Assembly: GCA_018267365.1 (NCBI GenBank)
Contig: JAFDYQ010000009.1
Location: 64,863 to 128,862, forward strand
Reading direction: 5' to 3'
Origin: Bacteroidota bacterium
Lineage (GTDB): Bacteria > Bacteroidota > Bacteroidia > Chitinophagales > LD1
DNA: 64,000 nt
The notes below the pieces were generated by a model that did not search any database, was not told where the DNA came from, and worked only from the letters and a program-made list of their open reading frames with translations. A program made the position numbers and the translations under genes. Position 1 is the stretch's first letter, and every line of letters begins with the position of its first letter. Shown here piece after piece: positions 55,828-64,000 of the stretch.

Positions 55828-56286
55828 ATGAAAAAATCCATACTCTTCTTCGCTGCCCTGACTTTTGCTTTTCAGTATATATATGCCGGCACCGGCGCTG
55901 ATGGCACGGCCGTGCGAAAGGATGGTAAAGAATGGCTCTTCAAACCGCTCGCATCCACAGACGTGAGCATGGAGGTAGAGCGCATAGGTGGCGAAGTGAT
56001 GGTACACCTCTATTCTCAAAATATGAGAAATGTGGATGTGATCTATGTAGAGCGCAGCACAGACCCTACATCCGGCTTCATACGCTGCCAGTCTGTGAAG
56101 GTGTCTGACTTTCTGATCAAGAGCAAAAACTATATAGAGGTATCTGATGCCAATCCGACATCTGCTAACCTGGACTCCTACTACAGGATACGCACTATCA
56201 GCACCAAAGGAGAATCAAAGACATACTCCCCTGTAGATCTCGCACCGCTCTATCAGGTAGATCCGCTGGAGGTAGTGGAGAAATAA
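55828..56286 (+). CDS. hypothetical secreted protein (152 aa)
   Basis: Signal peptide MKKSILFFAALTFAFQYIYA. Followed by a good terminator. No motif recognised. Confidence 0.5.
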   Translation: MKKSILFFAALTFAFQYIYAGTGADGTAVRKDGKEWLFKPLASTDVSMEVERIGGEVMVHLYSQNMRNVDVIYVERSTDPTSGFIRCQSVKVSDFLIKSKNYIEVSDANPTSANLDSYYRIRTISTKGESKTYSPVDLAPLYQVDPLEVVEK

Positions 56287-56310
56287 AAAGAACTTTATAT
56301 CAATCTTACA

Positions 56311-56344
56311 AAATCCTGCTCCGATGAGCGGGATTTTTATTTTC
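56311..56344 (+). terminator. rho-independent terminator
   Basis: AAATCCTGCTC-CGAT-GAGCGGGATTT stem (one G-U pair) followed by TTATTTT, 25 nt after the stop at 56286. Confidence 0.75.
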
Positions 56345-56403
56345 CGGGTGGCTCATTTATTAAGTGTCATGCAATAGTGATAAGTTGCGCCCGCGAAAGG
56401 GAT

Positions 56404-57240
56404 ATGAGGTACTTCATCCATATGGCATATGATGGCACCAGCTACTGCGGCTGGCAGGTGCAAAATAACGGCAAGACCGTGCAGGGCGAGCTAAACTTTG
56501 CCCTGTCCAGACTGCTGAGCCAGCCGATCTCTACAGGTGGCTGTGGCCGTACAGATGCAGGCGTGCATGCTACAGACTTCTACGCGCATTTTGATACAGA
56601 TAAAACGCTGGACGAGAGGTTTACCTTCCGGCTCAACTCTATTTTGCCTAAAGACATCCAGATATTCCGTGTGATCCCTGTCCATGAGAAGTCAAACACA
56701 CGGTTTGACGCGATACAGCGCACCTATGAATATTACCTTCACTTTGACAAGAACCCATTTCTGCGTCATCAGAGTACCCAGACCTATGGCAACACACTGG
56801 ACTGGGAGAAAATATATGAAGCTACGGCTTTGATCCCCGCCTTTGGCGATTACACATCCTTGTGTCGCCCCAGCGAGGATTTCAAAACTAACATCTGCGA
56901 TGTGACCGAAGCGCGGTGGGACCGGATAGTGAGGCCGGCAGTAGCTGGTGAGCGGGAGTATGAATTCATGCGGCTCACCATCACGTCCAATCGCTTTCTG
57001 CGGGGCATGATACGCAAGATAGTAGGCGTATTGCTCATCATAGGCAGGGGTAAGCTGTCAATTGCGGACTATAAACGCATTGTGGAGGCAAAAGAAGAGT
57101 TTCCCTTTGGCGTATCCTCTCCGCCGCAGGGCCTCTATCTGACCAAAGTGGTCTACAAAGATGGAGTGCTGGAGGGTCGCGCCATAGACCGCAGCCGCAA
57201 GATGGACGAAGCACCGGCCGGGACCGAAGAAGACGAATAA
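56404..57240 (+). CDS. truA: tRNA pseudouridine(38-40) synthase
   Basis: ORF 56377..57240; ATG 56404 gives MRYFIHMAYDGTSYCGWQVQ. Catalytic GCGRTDAGVHA motif. Acidic C-terminal tail. Confidence 0.9.
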   Translation: MRYFIHMAYDGTSYCGWQVQNNGKTVQGELNFALSRLLSQPISTGGCGRTDAGVHATDFYAHFDTDKTLDERFTFRLNSILPKDIQIFRVIPVHEKSNTRFDAIQRTYEYYLHFDKNPFLRHQSTQTYGNTLDWEKIYEATALIPAFGDYTSLCRPSEDFKTNICDVTEARWDRIVRPAVAGEREYEFMRLTITSNRFLRGMIRKIVGVLLIIGRGKLSIADYKRIVEAKEEFPFGVSSPPQGLYLTKVVYKDGVLEGRAIDRSRKMDEAPAGTEEDE

Positions 57241-57294
57241 AAAAAGAGGCGACCCCATACGAAGCCGCCCCATAAAACCCAACCCTAAGAATAA

Positions 57295-58995
57295 TTAATT
57301 TATCACTGTAAATTTAGCAGTACCTACACCATTGCGGGTAGTGATGTGCATGGTGTATATGCCACTGCTGAGGTCAGATGTATTGATAGTGATCTTGTCC
57401 GTACCATTGCTATCGATGGTCTTTATCACAGCACCGGTCAGGTCCATCACTTCTACTTTGCCAGCTTCTCCTTTCAGGGATACCGTTACCTTATTGCTGG
57501 CAGGATTTGGATAGAGGCTGAGACCGAGCTCATCAGTTATATCCTTGATACCAGTTACATCAGACAGCGGAATCAGATTGCCACCAGAGGCCAGGGCCAC
57601 CCAGATGCCAAATGAAGGTCCGTTATTATTATTAGCCGGATTGAGGAAGCCGGATGCCAGCGCTACACCACTCTGGCCGCCCAGTGCTGACAGGGCCGCC
57701 TGATAGCGCTTCAGCGTAGTGGTACCGGCAGAATCCTGCAGATCAAATACGTAGCTGCCAGCGGGTACCGGCAGATACCCTGTCTGATCCATGTAGGATG
57801 CATTGTCTACAGCCAGGATGCTCGGTACTTCTACCCGTACATCCACACTAGGAGCGTCAGGAGCGCCATGTATCACAAAAAAGTCAAAATTGCCAGGTGA
57901 AGTTGCCTGCCTGCGTGCATTCGGCTTGATGAGCAGAGTGAAAGCTGTACTCTTGCCGTCAGGATTGGAAGCAAAACCTGTACCTACTACGCCCGATGCA
58001 GTCACTACATAGCTGCTATCCGGATCCAGCAGGATATTGGGAAAGGTGGCGATAGCCTGTGACACGTTCGTAGAGTTTGCCGGCGCTACAGCTACAGTAT
58101 GGTTTACATTAGACAGGAGCTGAATATATGGCGTAGCCGTGCGGAACTTGAAGTTAGGTATAGCCTTAGCTCCGTCTACGTATACATCTACAGAGTCTGC
58201 TGCGGGGTCCGGGGCGTTGTGTATCACTTGTACATAGGACTGCTGCTGCTGAGGCAGGGTGACTACAGTACCATCTGCCAGCACTGCGAGTATTTCAAAT
58301 GAGGGTCCATTGTTATTAGACGCTGGGGTCAGGAAGCCGGAGGCGATGACCAGAGCCGATTTGCCGTCCAGGCCGGAGAGGTCTGCTACGTACTTAGCCA
58401 GTGGCGTTGACATGCCGGCCGGAGAGATCTCTATAGGATACCATGTAGGCGGCACAGTCAGATAGCCGCTCGCATCGCCGTATTGTGCATTGCTCACCAG
58501 GTTGCCGCCACCGGTCAGGTTTACATCTACGCCGGGGGCATCAGTCACACCATGGAAAACCGCAAATGAAACCGTACCAGCGGCAGAGGCGGTTTTAGCG
58601 TGCTGGATCACTTTGAGGTCAAAGGCAGTGCTTTTGCCATTGGGATTGCTGGCGAAACCGGTAGCTACCACTCCACTGGCTACCACTATATAGCTGGAGT
58701 CAGCCTGCAGTGGTCCGAGGGTAAAGTTCTTTAGCGTATCCGCCGCAGACATAGAGGTAGAGGGCGCCACACCCACATTTAGGGCTACACCGGATGGCAG
58801 ACTGAGAAAGCCAGTAGCTGTGCGGAAACCAAAATTGTCAAGGGCGAGAGTGCCATTTACATAGACGTCTACAGAAGAAGCAGCCGGGTCAGCGCAATTG
58901 TGAATCACTTGCACAGTGGCAGTCTGGGCATACAGACCCGATGCGGAGGCTACGATGCCTGCCGATACCAGGATGGTTTTAAAGAGGTGTTTCAT
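57295..58995 (-). CDS. secreted DUF4397-repeat protein with a T9SS C-terminal sorting domain
   Basis: Signal peptide. Internally duplicated halves (VQVIHNCADPAASSVDVYVNG / VQVIHNAPDPAADSVDVYVDG; FHGVTDAPGVDVNL / IHGAPDAPSVDVRV). Tail LYPNPASNKVTVSL...GIYTMHITT...KFTVIN. Confidence 0.7.
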   Translation of the reverse strand: MKHLFKTILVSAGIVASASGLYAQTATVQVIHNCADPAASSVDVYVNGTLALDNFGFRTATGFLSLPSGVALNVGVAPSTSMSAADTLKNFTLGPLQADSSYIVVASGVVATGFASNPNGKSTAFDLKVIQHAKTASAAGTVSFAVFHGVTDAPGVDVNLTGGGNLVSNAQYGDASGYLTVPPTWYPIEISPAGMSTPLAKYVADLSGLDGKSALVIASGFLTPASNNNGPSFEILAVLADGTVVTLPQQQQSYVQVIHNAPDPAADSVDVYVDGAKAIPNFKFRTATPYIQLLSNVNHTVAVAPANSTNVSQAIATFPNILLDPDSSYVVTASGVVGTGFASNPDGKSTAFTLLIKPNARRQATSPGNFDFFVIHGAPDAPSVDVRVEVPSILAVDNASYMDQTGYLPVPAGSYVFDLQDSAGTTTLKRYQAALSALGGQSGVALASGFLNPANNNNGPSFGIWVALASGGNLIPLSDVTGIKDITDELGLSLYPNPASNKVTVSLKGEAGKVEVMDLTGAVIKTIDSNGTDKITINTSDLSSGIYTMHITTRNGVGTAKFTVIN

Positions 58996-59121
58996 GTTTG
59001 TTTATTTTGTTTAACCATTCAACCACAAAAATTAAACAAAGTTTGAGGCAGATCGCTCTTTGAATAATTTTAACAAATATGTTCTCCTGCTTCTAATTGC
59101 CAAGGGTAGTCCGGATGTACG

Positions 59122-59129
59122 TATATTTG
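59122..59129 (+). promoter_or_regulatory. candidate -7 promoter box TATATTTG
   Basis: Exact TAnnTTTG match only 7 nt upstream of ATG 59137, which implies a leaderless or near-leaderless mRNA. Confidence 0.4.
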
Positions 59130-59136
59130 CCCCACG

Positions 59137-60927
59137 ATGTCAGAATCTGCAAAAGGCGGCCTGGACCTGCCCCTCGTCAGGAGAGTCTTAGGACTGGCCA
59201 GCCCCTACCGGAAAGAATTTTACACGACGCTTATCTTATCTATCCTGCTGGCAGGTATGGCTATGGTGCGGCCACTGCTGGTACAGCGCGCCATAGACTA
59301 CCACATCATCCGGTTTGACCTGCAGGGGCTGCGGGTGATCGTGCTGGTCATGCTCCTGTCACTGGTAGTAGAGACCGTCATGCGCTACTACTTTGCGTAC
59401 ATCGCTGCCTGGCTGGGCACGAGCATCATCCGCGACCTGCGTCAGCGCGTATACAGCCATATCATTTATTCGAGGTTGCAGTATTTTGACACTACACCGA
59501 TCGGCACTTCTACTACGCGCACTATTACCGATGTAGAGGCCGTGAATGATACCTTTTCAGAGGGGCTCATTTCTATCTTTGCGGATATTCTCACTATTGT
59601 AGTCGCTGTGACCTGTATGCTCATTTTCAACTGGCAGCTGGCGCTCGTGTCCCTAATACCGCTTCCATTTCTCTTGCTCGTCACGCGCTGGTTTCAGCGC
59701 GGTGTCAAGGCGTCCTTTCAGGATGAGCGCACGCAGATAGGCCGGCTGAATGCCTTCCTGCAGGAGCATATCACAGGTATGCGCATCATCCAGATCTTCA
59801 ATGTAGAAAAACAGGAGAGAGAAAAGTTTCAGGGCATCAACGGCCAGCTGCGAGATGCTAACGTGCGCGGTATCTGGTATTACTCTTTGTTTTTCCCTGC
59901 GGTGGAAATCCTCCTTGCTACAGCCATTGGCCTCATGGTGTGGTTTGCGTCGGGACAAATGGTATGGAATGCGGCTAAGAACAATGTCATCATTGACACT
60001 TCATCTGTAGGGACTATCAGCCTCTATATCATGCTGATCAATCTGCTCTTCCGGCCGCTGCGCTTCATAGCAGACAAGGTGAATACGATCCAGCGCGGCG
60101 TGATAGCCGCAGAGCGCGTATTTAAACTGCTGGATAAAGACCAAAGCATACCCGATACAGGCACCTATGTGCCGCAGCGGGCAAAAGGGAAGATAGAGTT
60201 TGACCACGTGTGGTTCGCCTATGAGCATGACAACTATGTGCTGAAAGACCTGAGCTTCGCGCTGCAGGCGGGCGAGACGCTCGCTATAGTGGGCGCCACG
60301 GGATCGGGCAAGACCTCTACCATGTCGCTCCTCGGCCGTTTCTACGAGATCAATAAGGGTGAGATAAAGATAGACGACATCAGTATAAAAGACTACAAAC
60401 TATCTGCTCTACGCCAGCAGATGAGCATCGTGCTGCAGGATGTATTTCTCTTTGCCGGGAGTGTGTATGACAATATCACCTTGCGCAATGAAAGCATAAC
60501 ACGCGAAACGGTCATAGCTGCATCAAAAGCTATCGGCGCCCACGACTTTATAATGCGCCTACCGGGTGGATATGACTACAAAGTAATGGAGCGTGGCGCT
60601 ACGCTGTCTATGGGCCAGCGGCAGCTCATCTCTTTTGTGCGCGCACTGGTATATGACCCTGCTATATTGATACTGGATGAGGCTACCTCGTCCATAGATA
60701 CCGAGTCTGAGCACGTGGTGCAGGAGGCTATAGAGAAGCTGGTCAAGGGCCGTACATCCGTAGTGATAGCGCACCGCCTCTCTACCATCCGCCACGCGCA
60801 CAAGATCATGGTGCTGGACAAAGGCGAGCTAAAGGAATTTGGCAGCCACGATCAGCTCATAGCCCTCGGCGGCCACTACAAGCACCTGTACGATATGCAG
60901 TTTAATCAGCAGAAGGAGGTGGCGTGA
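59137..60927 (+). CDS. ABC exporter, fused permease/ATP-binding protein (MsbA/multidrug type)
   Basis: Six-TM N-terminal domain, Walker A GATGSGKTS, signature LSMGQRQL, Walker B ILILDEATSSID, H-loop IAHRL. Confidence 0.9.
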   Translation: MSESAKGGLDLPLVRRVLGLASPYRKEFYTTLILSILLAGMAMVRPLLVQRAIDYHIIRFDLQGLRVIVLVMLLSLVVETVMRYYFAYIAAWLGTSIIRDLRQRVYSHIIYSRLQYFDTTPIGTSTTRTITDVEAVNDTFSEGLISIFADILTIVVAVTCMLIFNWQLALVSLIPLPFLLLVTRWFQRGVKASFQDERTQIGRLNAFLQEHITGMRIIQIFNVEKQEREKFQGINGQLRDANVRGIWYYSLFFPAVEILLATAIGLMVWFASGQMVWNAAKNNVIIDTSSVGTISLYIMLINLLFRPLRFIADKVNTIQRGVIAAERVFKLLDKDQSIPDTGTYVPQRAKGKIEFDHVWFAYEHDNYVLKDLSFALQAGETLAIVGATGSGKTSTMSLLGRFYEINKGEIKIDDISIKDYKLSALRQQMSIVLQDVFLFAGSVYDNITLRNESITRETVIAASKAIGAHDFIMRLPGGYDYKVMERGATLSMGQRQLISFVRALVYDPAILILDEATSSIDTESEHVVQEAIEKLVKGRTSVVIAHRLSTIRHAHKIMVLDKGELKEFGSHDQLIALGGHYKHLYDMQFNQQKEVA

Positions 60928-60957
60928 TATTTTGTATCTTTATGCTAATTCAATAAA

Positions 60958-61170
60958 ATGCTAAAGGACGATTATAGAGTATTAAGTGTAGCCGAGAGAA
61001 TTCTTCTGGTGGAAGACATTTGGGATAGTATAGCTGATGACAATGCGACCAAACTCTCCAAAAAGCAAAAAGAACTTTTGGATGAGAGAGAAAAAGATGC
61101 GCTGTCTGGCAAAGTTTCTAAAAAGTCCTGGGAGGAGATCAAGCAATCCGTCAGCAGCAGGAAGAAATGA
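60958..61170 (+). CDS. putative addiction-module antitoxin component
   Basis: 70 aa. ERILLVEDIWDSIA motif is typical of the small antitoxins paired with ParE/RelE toxins. ATGA overlap with the next ORF. Confidence 0.6.
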   Translation: MLKDDYRVLSVAERILLVEDIWDSIADDNATKLSKKQKELLDEREKDALSGKVSKKSWEEIKQSVSSRKK

Positions 61171-61469
61171 AATACGACTTAAGTTTTGGATCCAAAGTCG
61201 AAAAAGACCTCGCTGAAAGTTTTGATTACTATGAAGAACAGTCTGTTGGACTTGGAGCAGATTTCTTGTTAGCTGTTGATGCAGCTTTGTCTCAGATCCA
61301 AAGAGAGCCTCTAATCTTCCAGAAAATTTACAAGCAAAAAAGAAAGGTAAATCTAAAGCGTTTTCCATTTGGGGTGTTCTACGTCGTGGTCAAGCATCAA
61401 GTCATTATTCTTGCCGTTATACACTTGATGCGAGACCCTCAGGAATGGAAGAAGCGAAAACGATACTAA
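61167..61469 (+). CDS. type II toxin, RelE/ParE family
   Basis: 100 aa. ParE-like layout (AEKDL-type N-terminus, ...FPFGVFYVVVKHQVIILAVIHLMRDP C-terminus). Confidence 0.65.
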   Translation: MKYDLSFGSKVEKDLAESFDYYEEQSVGLGADFLLAVDAALSQIQREPLIFQKIYKQKRKVNLKRFPFGVFYVVVKHQVIILAVIHLMRDPQEWKKRKRY

Positions 61470-61482
61470 GATAATTAGACAA

Positions 61483-61519
61483 AAAATCCGGAAGTCAGCT
61501 TACCTGATTTCCGGATTTT
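61483..61519. terminator. bidirectional terminator hairpin between convergent genes
   Basis: AAAATCCGGAA-(14 nt)-TTCCGGATTTT, flanked by an A-run and a T-run. It lies between the ParE stop (61469) and the superoxide dismutase stop (61544). Confidence 0.7.
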
Positions 61520-61543
61520 CCGATTAACTTTTGATACTACCAA

Positions 61544-62155
61544 TTATTTCACGGCAGCCTCATAGCGCTTTTCTACTTCCTTCCAGTTGATCACATTGAA
61601 GAAAGCGGCCAGATAGTCCGGGCGGCGGTTCTGATAGTGCAGGTAGTAGGCGTGCTCCCACACGTCTACGCCGAGGATCGGAGTGCCCTTTACTTCCGCT
61701 ACATCCATCAGCGGGTTGTCCTGGTTAGGTGTAGAGCTGATCACGAGCTTCTTGTCAGCGCCTACACTGAGCCATGCCCAGCCAGAGCCAAAGCGGGTAG
61801 CACCAGCCTTAGCAAAGTCCTCTTTGAATTTGTCAAAGCCGCCGAGCTGAGAGTCGATGGCCTCTGCCAACGCGCCGGATGGTGTACCTCCGCCGTTAGG
61901 ACCCATGATCTGCCAGAAGAAGGTGTGGTTCCAGTGGCCACCGCCGTTATTGCGCACGGCAGCAGGATACTTGGAGATATTGGCTACCAGCTCTTCCAGA
62001 GATTTGTTTTCGTTCTCCGTGCCTGCTACAGCAGCGTTCAGGTTATTGACATATGCAGCGTGGTGCTTGTCATGATGTATCTCCATCGTGCGGGCGTCGA
62101 TATGTGGTTCGAGCGCATTGTTTGCGTACGGTAGAGGGTCTAATGTGAATGCCAT
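61544..62155 (-). CDS. superoxide dismutase (Fe/Mn family)
   Basis: 203 aa. [14 protein letters not shown] and DVWEHAYYL motifs. Confidence 0.95.
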   Translation of the reverse strand: MAFTLDPLPYANNALEPHIDARTMEIHHDKHHAAYVNNLNAAVAGTENENKSLEELVANISKYPAAVRNNGGGHWNHTFFWQIMGPNGGGTPSGALAEAIDSQLGGFDKFKEDFAKAGATRFGSGWAWLSVGADKKLVISSTPNQDNPLMDVAEVKGTPILGVDVWEHAYYLHYQNRRPDYLAAFFNVINWKEVEKRYEAAVK

Positions 62156-62297
62156 GATGTTGTTTCGTTTATTGAGTGAATAATGATATAATGGACGAAT
62201 GAATCCAGATACGATTTTACAGCCTTATGGATGAAAAAACAAATGTTTTCGGTATCTCAAATCAGCCATTAGATGCCACACTTTTTGTGCCAACAGG

Positions 62298-62744
62298 CTA
62301 CTTTCCCCGTTTGCTTTTGAAAAACTCAGTCATCAGTACTCCGCACTCATGCTCCAGCACACCATGGTTGAGCTGCGTCTTGGGGTGAAACATCTTTGGC
62401 CCGAACTGGCTGTAGCCGGCCTTTGGGTCTGGAGCTCCATATACCACGCGACTCATACGCGCCCAGCGCAGGGCGGCGGCGCACATGGGGCAGGGCTCTA
62501 CGGTCACATAGATCGTACAGTCTTCCAGAAACTTTGCGCCGAGGTAGTTGGCCGCGGCGGTGATAGCTATCATCTCGGCGTGTGCGGTCACGTCATTCAG
62601 GCGCTCTGTCTGATTGTAGCCTTTGCCTATGATCTTGTCATTGCAGACGATGATCGCGCCTATGGGCACCTCATCATCCTCACGGGCATAGCAGGCCTCT
62701 TTGAGCGCAAGGCGCATCCAGTATTCGTCATTGAGCAGTATCAT
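62298..62744 (-). CDS. tadA: tRNA-specific adenosine deaminase
   Basis: HAEMIAI and PCPMCAAAL zinc-binding deaminase motifs; 148 aa. Confidence 0.9.
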   Translation of the reverse strand: MILLNDEYWMRLALKEACYAREDDEVPIGAIIVCNDKIIGKGYNQTERLNDVTAHAEMIAITAAANYLGAKFLEDCTIYVTVEPCPMCAAALRWARMSRVVYGAPDPKAGYSQFGPKMFHPKTQLNHGVLEHECGVLMTEFFKSKRGK

Positions 62745-63690
62745 CGGCGTGTAGCGTGAGGATGTAAAAATAGCCTACCAGAGCCGGTATCAGCAAGTTT
62801 ATGACCCAAAGCAGAACGGGGACCATAAATACACTCATAGCCAGATCCGGCCCGCAGCCGCGGAAAACCAGCAGCGCAATGCCGCCTCGCAGCGTGAGGT
62901 CTGTGAGTGGTATCAGCGGCGATACCGACTGAAGAAATAGCACCAGGCTGATGGCAGAGACCAGCTCAAACACTCTGCCGCCTATACCGGCAAATCGCAG
63001 TAAAAGATAATACTGCAACACATAGACCATATAGCGCAAAAGGCTGGTGAGAAAGACGAGCCATTTATCATTGCGATGTGGTGTCTTGGCGGTGTCTATA
63101 ATGTAGTTGTCAAAGCGCAGGCCCCTGTGGTGCAGCCAGTCTACCACCTGCTCAAAGGAGATGTAAAGCGCGATCAACATAAATGCCAGCAGCGCAAACC
63201 CTATATAACTATACGGGCTGATAAAACTCTCTGCCTCGCCGGAGTAAAATCGCAACATAAAAAGCGCCGTGAGAAAGGTGACAACACTCTGCGCTATACC
63301 ACCTATGGCGCTTAGATAGATGCCATCTACGCGCTCACCCTTGTGCAGAAACATGACGCGGCCGGCAAACTCTCCCACACGCGCCGGCGTAGCAAATCCG
63401 ATGGACAAACCACCAAGTACGGAGCGCAGCGCTTCTTTCAATTTGACAGGAGACGAGTGCTTCAAGAGTATTTTCCACTTGGTAGCTTCGAGGAGCCAGT
63501 TGACAGGCATCAGTATGATGGCGAAAGATAGCAAGACAATATTTCCGCCACTAAAGCGCTGTATGAATAGATCCAGCGAACCGACAAAGCTCTGCACCGA
63601 TGCCAGCCGCCGGTAGATGACGAAGGACATGAAAATGAAAATGCCTACTTTTAAAGCGAGCAGCAGGCGGCGGTACACGGGTGTATCCAT
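62728..63690 (-). CDS. flippase-like (UPF0104 / lysylphosphatidylglycerol-synthase TM-region-like) membrane protein
   Basis: 320 aa with about 8 TM helices; family assigned by overall resemblance only. 17-nt overlap with tadA. Confidence 0.5.
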   Translation of the reverse strand: MDTPVYRRLLLALKVGIFIFMSFVIYRRLASVQSFVGSLDLFIQRFSGGNIVLLSFAIILMPVNWLLEATKWKILLKHSSPVKLKEALRSVLGGLSIGFATPARVGEFAGRVMFLHKGERVDGIYLSAIGGIAQSVVTFLTALFMLRFYSGEAESFISPYSYIGFALLAFMLIALYISFEQVVDWLHHRGLRFDNYIIDTAKTPHRNDKWLVFLTSLLRYMVYVLQYYLLLRFAGIGGRVFELVSAISLVLFLQSVSPLIPLTDLTLRGGIALLVFRGCGPDLAMSVFMVPVLLWVINLLIPALVGYFYILTLHADDTAQ

Positions 63691-63731
63691 CTATCGCTAG
63701 TAAAGGTGCTAAAACAAATTGAAAATCAGTC

Positions 63732-64000
63732 ATGGCTGCGGATAAATCACAAGCTACACAGCGCACGATCATAGGCATAGACCCCGGCACTATCGTGATG
63801 GGCTATGGCGTGATCACCGTGACTGGCCAGCAGATGAAGCTGGTGAGCATGGGCGTGATACAGCTCTCAAAGTATGAAGACCATCTGGACCGCTTGCGTG
63901 TGATCTCAGAGAAAGTGAAAGGCCTCATAGAGCAATACAAACCCGAGACCTGCGCCATAGAGGCGCCCTTCTTTGGCAAGAATGTACAGTCTATGCTGAA
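63732..64000 (+). CDS. ruvC: crossover junction endodeoxyribonuclease RuvC, N-terminal part (runs off the right edge)
   Basis: ATG 63732 opens MAADKSQATQRTIIGIDPGTIVMGYGVI...CAIEAPFFGKNVQS with no stop to 64000. The IGIDPG catalytic Asp motif is present. Absent from the ORF track because the frame is open-ended. Confidence 0.85.
   Translation, partial: MAADKSQATQRTIIGIDPGTIVMGYGVITVTGQQMKLVSMGVIQLSKYEDHLDRLRVISEKVKGLIEQYKPETCAIEAPFFGKNVQSML

Noticed and set aside
1-64000. Window-wide scan by eye for CRISPR arrays, tRNA/rRNA genes, transposases, integrases, reverse transcriptases and known defence-system genes
   Set aside because: I saw no regularly spaced direct repeats with unique spacers and no cloverleaf-like sequence in the intergenic regions. 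No ORF carried DDE, tyrosine-recombinase or RT motifs. Tools such as tRNAscan-SE, Infernal or DefenseFinder would be needed for a definitive negative.

Overview
This is a 64-kb chromosomal window from a Bacteroidota-type genome. Evidence for that placement: four proteins with T9SS C-terminal sorting domains, a PorQ homolog, BshA, TAnnTTTG -7 promoter boxes, and no Shine-Dalgarno signals. I call about 60 protein-coding genes, most of them housekeeping: mutS2, asnB, secA, metH, trxA, trmB, rfbA, metF, mutL, bshA, gcvT, truA, a superoxide dismutase, tadA and ruvC. Between them sit secreted and T9SS proteins and small accessory patches: tandem XRE regulators, a ParE-type toxin-antitoxin pair, and tandem Cys-rich membrane paralogs. 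I saw no rRNA, tRNA, CRISPR array, transposase, integrase or recognisable defence system. The one confidently identified RNA element is a SAM-I riboswitch with a consensus Bacteroidota promoter upstream of metH. The most interesting unexplained structure is a 35-nt G-poor module of five phased 7-nt units (AGTAnnn on the + strand). It occurs four times, each time directly abutting the start codon of a minus-strand gene (asnB, metH, and twice before a pterin dehydratase gene). Other items worth a second look:
- a perfect GC-rich palindrome sitting in frame inside metH
- a shared 29-nt 3' element after metH and after a LOG-family gene
- a frameshifted aminopeptidase gene
- an M43 peptidase homolog with a destroyed HExxH zinc site
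- an orphan bidirectional terminator in a 330-bp ORF-free region (candidate sRNA)
All functional calls come from motif recognition by eye. No database search was run.
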